Assembly: GCF_000017845.1 (NCBI RefSeq)
Contig: NC_010547.1
Location: 390,001-422,000 of the forward strand
Direction: 5' to 3'
Length of the DNA: 32,000 bases
From: Crocosphaera subtropica ATCC 51142
Lineage (GTDB): Bacteria; Cyanobacteriota; Cyanobacteriia; Cyanobacteriales; Microcystaceae
The position numbers were made by a program, and so were the translations under genes. Under the pieces are notes generated by a model, which saw only the letters and a list, made by a program, of their open reading frames with translations, did no database searches and was not told the DNA's origin. Below, in pieces: positions 27,966 through 32,000 of this stretch; the first letter of the stretch is position 1, and every line of letters begins with the position of its first letter.

Positions 27966-28013
27966 CTCCTCGCGCGTTCCCATGCGCCGTTCGACGGCGC
28001 GGGGTCGCTCCTC
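27966..28013. repeat. GC-rich hairpin mini-insertion H2 inside the IS4/IS701-like transposase (in frame)
   Basis: A 36-nt core (27972-28007) with 28/36 G+C contains the hairpin GCGCCGT-TCG-ACGGCGC (27984-28000). It is flanked by the direct repeat CTCCTC (27966-27971 and 28008-28013). Core plus one repeat is 42 nt, or 14 codons (translated RPRAVERRMGTREE). Confidence 0.55.
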
Positions 28014-28102
28014 CACTTGAGGTAAAATAGTGTGTGCTGGCATAGTTATCTTATTAAACAAGAGAATTATAATAACACAGTTGCTCAAGATGAAAGTGGG
28101 AA

Positions 28103-28504
28103 ATGCCAAGAACTGAAAGTGAACTGCAAAAAAATCAACGTAAAGACCGTATTAGAGAAGCAATAGACGCTTTAAAACGGGAAATATCTGAAATTGAGGC
28201 TTCAGGATGGATCGCCCCTCGTGATTGTTACATAGTGAGGTATCGAGCTAAAGGCGCGAAATATCGTTATTGGTATTATCAACTTAAGGCATCATCAGCC
28301 GTCTTTCCAAAAGCTAATAAAAAAGGTGAGTTTTCTCGTTTTAAACATTTGGGAAAAGCAGGAAGTCAAGCACATATAGATGGTGTTAACGCTGTTATTA
28401 GACGAAGTAAAATTGACCAGTTAACTTCGGCTATTGAAGCCCTTTACGAAAGTTTGCTAGATTTATATCCTGATGAAGAAAAACCCGGCCATAGGGTGGA
28501 GTAA
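28103..28504 (+). CDS. Hypothetical 133-aa protein, divergent from the transposase and located inside the IS inverted repeats
   Basis: ATG start with an N-terminal coiled-coil-like segment, then a basic/aromatic block WIAPRDCYIVRYRAKGAKYRYWYYQLKA and KHLGKAGS. No family recognised. Confidence 0.5.
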   Translation: MPRTESELQKNQRKDRIREAIDALKREISEIEASGWIAPRDCYIVRYRAKGAKYRYWYYQLKASSAVFPKANKKGEFSRFKHLGKAGSQAHIDGVNAVIRRSKIDQLTSAIEALYESLLDLYPDEEKPGHRVE

Positions 28505-28706
28505 AATAAAAAGTACCTTGGGTTTTAATTAATTCTTGATTATTATTCTCTATTTTAAAAAGAGAACAAACGCCAACCCCCATCAGATAAGGATTTTAGG
28601 CAGCGTTTCTCATATCAATTTTTCTTGGTGCAAGATGTGAGTATAGCTAGACTCAGGGCAAACGCATCTTAAATGTTGGGAAAATTGAGTTATAATGTTT
28701 TCAGGA

Positions 28707-28731
28707 TTTCAAATTACCAGGTAATTTGAAA
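28707..28731. repeat. Subterminal palindrome of the ISAs1 element (tnp-distal end)
   Basis: TTTCAAATTACC-A-GGTAATTTGAAA has 12-bp arms, extended by CAGG (28702-28705) / CCTG (28734-28737). Confidence 0.6.
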
Positions 28732-28845
28732 AACCTGCAAAAAACTTCTATCAAAAGAAAAAAAGCTTGTTAATGCAAGCATTTAGGATAAAAACAAACA
28801 GCCCTTTATTAACCTCGCACTGAAGTCATTTTTAGAAGTTATTCA

Positions 28846-28889
28846 GGCACAGGCGATCTGGCGAAGCCAGATCCGCTTTGCGGTGCGCT
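28846..28889. repeat. GC-rich hairpin mini-insertion H3 in the non-coding end of the ISAs1 element
   Basis: Sequence GGCACAGGCGATCTGGCGAAGCCAGATCCGCTTTGCGGTGCGCT. The hairpin is GATCTGGC-GAA-GCCAGATC (28855-28873), followed by the 10-mer GCGGTGCGCT (28880-28889) that is also present in H4. Confidence 0.55.
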
Positions 28890-28893
28890 ATTA

Positions 28894-30070
28894 TTAAATA
28901 CCCAAAACTTTAGCTAGATATTTATTATCCCAAGCTGCTTTGAGACGTTTATTCTTTACCCCTATTTTAGCTGTTTTTTCTTGGGAGAGAAGATTAAGGG
29001 ATATTTGTCGTAACCGGACTAAATTCTCAGGAGCGTTGTCTTTATGCACGGGACAATCATCTTCATTGAAAGCCACATTCAAAACCCAATGAAGGTTATT
29101 TTCAATACTCCAGTGACTCCGAACAGCCATCGCTAATTTCTCTGCATTACTGATAAAACTATTGAGATAATAGCGTGTGGCTATTGTTATTTTATCTCCA
29201 ATACGTCGAACTGATTCAACAACACCAATACTTCTCAGTCCAGCCCATTTATCAGTATTTTGTGTTAATAGCTCCACAGAAAATGTCCAATAATGACGGG
29301 TTTCAATGCGACCATAACCTTTCTTGCTCCGTCCTATACGCTGAGGACACCTCAGCGCGGGCGGTGCGCTTTTCAACGGTTCGATGAAAGCTATGTTCAA
29401 TACCAATCCATTCAGTTTGTTGAGCATTATCAAATACTTCTTTAACTTCTTGAAATAAACCTCTTTGATTGCCTTTAAGTGCAAGGCAATAATCAGCACC
29501 TTTTGAATGTAAAAGTTCGGCAATATCCGTTTGAGTCCCCATCGCATCAATGGTTACTAAACAGCCATTAAGTTCCAAAACTTTGATGAGATGGGGAATA
29601 GCAGTAATTTCCTTCGTTCGTTCATGAACTTTTTGCTGTGCCAAAACTAATCGTTGTTCAGATGCCCAAGCATTTACCAAATGAATCGCTTTTTTTCCTT
29701 CTACTTTATTCACTGAATGCTTTACTGTTTTTCCATCAATATTAACCACATCTCCTGGCATTAATTCTGTTATGGAACTAACCCAATCTCGAAAATATTG
29801 TTCAAATTCATCTGGGTCAATTCGAGCGAACACCCGTGCAAAAGTATCGTGAGAAGGAATCCCATTTTCTAGCTCCAAAAACTGCTTTAACCATTCGTAT
29901 TTTGAGTTTCCGTAAGTTTCCATGGCCACAAAGCTATCAGCCCCACAAATCATGGCACACAAGGCGATAACAATAATATCAATCAGCTTGTGGTCTTTGG
30001 TTCTCTCAACTCTTGGGTCAGTCAATTTTTCAAAATGGTCGATAAGCGTTATTTTCGGTCTTAATTTCAT
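28894..30070 (-). pseudogene. ISAs1-family transposase, frameshifted by a ~50-nt insertion
   Basis: The N-terminal ORF 29303-30070 (MKLRPKITLIDHFEKLTDPRVERTKDHKLIDIIVIALCAMICGADSF...DGKTV...VTIDAMGTQTDIA...ALKGNQ) is classic ISAs1/H-repeat type. The C-terminal part continues in another frame (28894-29550: GYGRIETRHYWTF...SHWSIENNLHWVLNVAFNEDD). The junction coincides with the GC-rich insert H4. Confidence 0.85.
29320..29370. repeat. GC-rich hairpin mini-insertion H4 inside the ISAs1 transposase (causes the frameshift)
   Basis: The hairpin GCTGAGG-ACA-CCTCAGC (29340-29356) is followed by GCGGTGCGCT (29361-29370). Removing about 50 nt between the two TTTC motifs (29320-29323 and 29371-29374) would restore ...TVEK-GYGRIETR..., the conserved ISAs1 sequence. 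Confidence 0.6.
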
Positions 30071-30195
30071 TCTATCTTACTAACAAGAGCTTTTTCTCAT
30101 TATCTCTCATCTATAAGTATTTGTTAAAAGACAGAGTTTTGTAGCTAATCAGCTTAATCAGCTTCTTACATTGAAATGAAGAGAGAGAGCCGATA

Positions 30196-30225
30196 AATTT
30201 GAAATTAGAATTCTAATTTCAAATT
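30196..30225. repeat. Subterminal 30-bp perfect palindrome of the ISAs1 element (upstream of tnp)
   Basis: AATTTGAAATTAGAA|TTCTAATTTCAAATT has 15-bp arms. It shares ATTTCAAATTA with the palindrome at 28707-28731. Confidence 0.6.
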
Positions 30226-30258
30226 ATGACCTTATTATACCTTAATTTTGCTCATATT

Positions 30259-30819
30259 TTAGATGCGTTTGCCCTGTTTCCAATCACCGATCCCATCCCA
30301 CAACAATTCGACCGTATGCTCAAAAGCATCAGGAATAAACAACCAAAAGAGAGTATCGTGCATTCCATGAAGGTCACTCATGCCACCCTCGTCATATAAC
30401 ATTTGTCCTCCGAGTCGAATTTGTTTTCTAGCCTCAACATCTTTAGAAAAAAGATTACCATCAAGAAAATCATGAATAGTAATGGTTTCGGTTAGATTGA
30501 GGACACCTTCATAAATTAACCATCTAGCTTTTTGGAAGGGAAGACAGCTATCAATATCATGATCATAAATTCTCTTAATACCATTAAGTTCGGTTTCTAG
30601 TTTTGCTAATTGCTTGTTAAGGGGGGTGAGGATTGAATCGGAATCAAGATATTTTTCAAGTAGTTGAACTTCAGCAGAAGACTTGGAACGAGAGGGTTGA
30701 GAAACCGTTTCGGGTAATTTAGATTTCTGTTGACCCGACAAAAGTTTGTACTGAGTCGAAGGAGATAATTGAATAGTCGATTGCTGAGATTTTCGGTTTC
30801 TTCTTCTTCTTTTGCTCAT
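30259..30819 (-). CDS. Hypothetical protein (186 aa); C-terminus supplied by the ISAs1 inverted repeat, so probably truncated
   Basis: It has a basic N-terminus MSKRRRRNRKSQQ. The last five codons (QGKRI) and the first base of the stop codon are encoded by the ISAs1 terminal repeat (30261-30276). No family recognised. Confidence 0.45.
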   Translation of the reverse strand: MSKRRRRNRKSQQSTIQLSPSTQYKLLSGQQKSKLPETVSQPSRSKSSAEVQLLEKYLDSDSILTPLNKQLAKLETELNGIKRIYDHDIDSCLPFQKARWLIYEGVLNLTETITIHDFLDGNLFSKDVEARKQIRLGGQMLYDEGGMSDLHGMHDTLFWLFIPDAFEHTVELLWDGIGDWKQGKRI

Positions 30820-30878
30820 AGTTTTATTCTGAATAATATGGATTTAGAGGTCAGATTGATAGGTTGTTTCAATAGTAA

Positions 30879-32000
30879 TTAATCCTCTATCAAAGGGAGA
30901 ACAAAAGCTTTAAGTTGTTCAGAATCTTTGCCCCGATTATGAGTACGAGGATTAGAAACATTACTATTGCTATGAAGTTGCTCAATCTCTGATTGATGTT
31001 CTTTCTGAAACTCAACTGCGGCCTGGCGGTGAATACCAAAAGAAGTCTCCAATAAACAGGTATTAATCGCCCAAGTCTGGTCAGGATGTTGTTGGTTCCA
31101 TTGAGTAACAGCATCAAGGACTTTTTGAGCTTTATCTTTGGCCGCACCCTTGGGTCCACGAGTTCTACGAGTTTTTTTCCTAGTGGTTTTACTTGTCGTC
31201 TTGGTTTTAGTCTTCTGAGGGGTTTGAGAATTGGTAGTATCGCTATCAATAGGTAATTCAATCTGTTCACCTAAAAATACTTTTTTGACAGCTTCAAAAC
31301 GGCTGACTTTTTCCTTAAGTTTTTCATTCTCCTGTTGATAATCATTAACTTGTTTGTTCAACTGAGTGACTTGAAATGAGAAAGACTCATTGTCTTTCTG
31401 AAGTTTAGTAATCTGACCTTGTAATTGTTGGATTTGTGTTTCATAATCGTCCTTATCAGCTTGAGGGTAAGTTTGTGTTGGGTTAGCATCTTGTCTAGCC
31501 AACTGTTGAGTCAATAAAGCAATGGTTTGAGCTTGATTATGTAGAGTTTCTTGAATCATGGGGTCAAGGCCAAAAATAACCCGTGGTTGGGATTTCATCG
31601 AATCATCATGATCATTAGTTTGTTCAGTGGGTGGTGTCTCTCGAAGAGAGCGTAATTGTTTAGTTGTCCATCTAAGAAGACCATGAATAATTTGTGATGG
31701 TTCTCCAGTCAGGTTAAGCTGTTGACCAATTTTGAGTAACCGGTTTGTGTCATCATCAGAAATTAAAGAAGGTTCCGACTCTTCTGTAACTGTATAATCC
31801 CTAGTAGTTTGTCGATAAAAATCAATCAGTGCATCAAGATTATCAAAAGGAAGATGAGCGCGAATCGCTTGAGTGACATAAGGTTGACAATGGTTATCAA
31901 TATAACTAGGGGTTTGGTAACGTAAATCTTGAACGTCAAGATGCTGTCTAAGCTTTTGTACAGACTCAACGACAAAAGAAGCATCAATCAAGGTTTTAAG
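30879..32000 (-). CDS. Hypothetical coiled-coil protein with basic K/T/R-rich linker; open to the window edge (5' partial possible)
   Basis: The ORF track starts it at TTG 31991, but the frame stays open to 32000. It has a central Q-rich coiled coil (QIQQLQGQITKLQKDNESFSFQVTQLNKQVNDYQQENEKLKEK), a basic tract TKTKTTSKTTRKKTRRTRGPKGAAKDK, and then a helical C-terminal domain. No family recognised. Confidence 0.5.
   Translation of the reverse strand, partial: LKTLIDASFVVESVQKLRQHLDVQDLRYQTPSYIDNHCQPYVTQAIRAHLPFDNLDALIDFYRQTTRDYTVTEESEPSLISDDDTNRLLKIGQQLNLTGEPSQIIHGLLRWTTKQLRSLRETPPTEQTNDHDDSMKSQPRVIFGLDPMIQETLHNQAQTIALLTQQLARQDANPTQTYPQADKDDYETQIQQLQGQITKLQKDNESFSFQVTQLNKQVNDYQQENEKLKEKVSRFEAVKKVFLGEQIELPIDSDTTNSQTPQKTKTKTTSKTTRKKTRRTRGPKGAAKDKAQKVLDAVTQWNQQHPDQTWAINTCLLETSFGIHRQAAVEFQKEHQSEIEQLHSNSNVSNPRTHNRGKDSEQLKAFVLPLIED

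Larger units (their letters stand above)
26820..28043 (-). pseudogene. IS4/IS701-like DDE transposase, split by an in-frame TGA (27771-27773)
   Basis: ORFs 27771-28109 and 26820-27758 are in the same frame, separated by TGA plus 4 codons. The DDE context is IIDLTTLEKVGKF, YVLGDTAFG, YRWQIEGFFKTAKHQF. The likely start is ATG 28043 (MPAHTILPQ...). The C-terminus runs into the left inverted repeat. Confidence 0.8.
26811..28649 (-). mobile_element. IS4/IS701-like insertion sequence (1839 bp) with perfect 23-bp terminal inverted repeats
   Basis: TAGCTATACTCACATCTTGCACC at 26811-26833 is the exact reverse complement of GGTGCAAGATGTGAGTATAGCTA at 28627-28649. It encloses a DDE transposase (minus strand) and a divergent 133-aa ORF. 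No target-site duplication is evident (flanks ...TAAAACG / GACTCAG...). Confidence 0.8.
28654..30276 (-). mobile_element. ISAs1-family insertion sequence (1623 bp)
   Basis: The terminal inverted repeat CAGGGCAAACGCATCT (28654-28669) is the reverse complement of AGATGCGTTTGCCCTG (30261-30276), 16/16, with imperfect extension to ~28 nt. It encloses an ISAs1-type transposase and begins 4 nt after the neighbouring IS. Confidence 0.8.

Noticed and set aside
28044-28109. N-terminal 22 codons (MAFPTFILSNCVIIILLFNKIT) of ORF 27771-28109
   Set aside because: It is a hydrophobic, AT-rich read-through of the divergent promoter region and overlaps the start of the 133-aa ORF. The conserved transposase N-terminus begins at MPAHTILPQ (ATG 28043).
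1-32000. CRISPR arrays, tRNA/rRNA genes, retron or DGR-type repeats
   Set aside because: I saw no regularly spaced direct repeats, no cloverleaf-like GC-rich 70-90-nt segments and no template/variable repeat pairs when reading both strands. A tRNAscan or Infernal run would be needed to exclude small RNAs formally.

Overview
This is an AT-rich cyanobacterial chromosome segment. It carries at least nine copies of the HIP1 octamer GCGATCGC (e.g. 55-62, 1200-1207, 5188-5195, 11618-11625, 17131-17138, 19994-20001, 20856-20863, 23464-23471). From memory, the gene content resembles unicellular Cyanothece/Crocosphaera-type genomes; this is unverified.

Layout:
- (a) 1-8.6 kb, + strand: a glycogen-to-fermentation cluster. 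It holds the tail of a probable acetate kinase, phosphoketolase, glycogen phosphorylase, L-lactate dehydrogenase and a GapN-like aldehyde dehydrogenase.
- (b) 8.7-16.8 kb: two tandem pstB paralogs without pstC/pstA; an isoamylase/GlgX gene reduced to N- and C-terminal stubs flanking an intact IS3-family element; a small HEAT-like ORF; a double-RCK K+-channel-like protein with a non-canonical pore; a PstS lipoprotein; and a PPP-family phosphatase.
- (c) 17.0-26.8 kb: an uncharacterised cation-pump neighbourhood. It starts with a short transposase N-terminal remnant. Next comes a cryptic HMA2-like plus membrane-hairpin gene broken by an in-frame TGA, of which the ORF track shows only the last 76 codons. 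Then follow a WD40 protein with a ~490-aa unknown N-terminal region, a 915-aa P2-type ATPase, a small DUF5132-like protein, and a 1000-aa P2-type ATPase whose N-terminus carries a cysteine-motif-free HMA2-like domain homologous to the cryptic gene.
- (d) 26.8-30.3 kb: two IS elements 4 nt apart. One is IS4/IS701-like with perfect 23-bp inverted repeats and a divergent 133-aa passenger ORF; the other is ISAs1-family. Both transposases are disrupted.
- (e) 30.3-32.0 kb: two unknown minus-strand ORFs, one clipped by the ISAs1 end and one running off the window.

The observations I rate most interesting are:
- the HMA2-like / DUF5132-like / dual P-type ATPase module;
- four small GC-rich hairpin insertions confined to the two IS elements, two of which share the 10-mer GCGGTGCGCT;
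- an IS3 orfA/orfB junction with a 9-A run and orfB in the +1 frame.

I saw no rRNA, tRNA or CRISPR array by eye.
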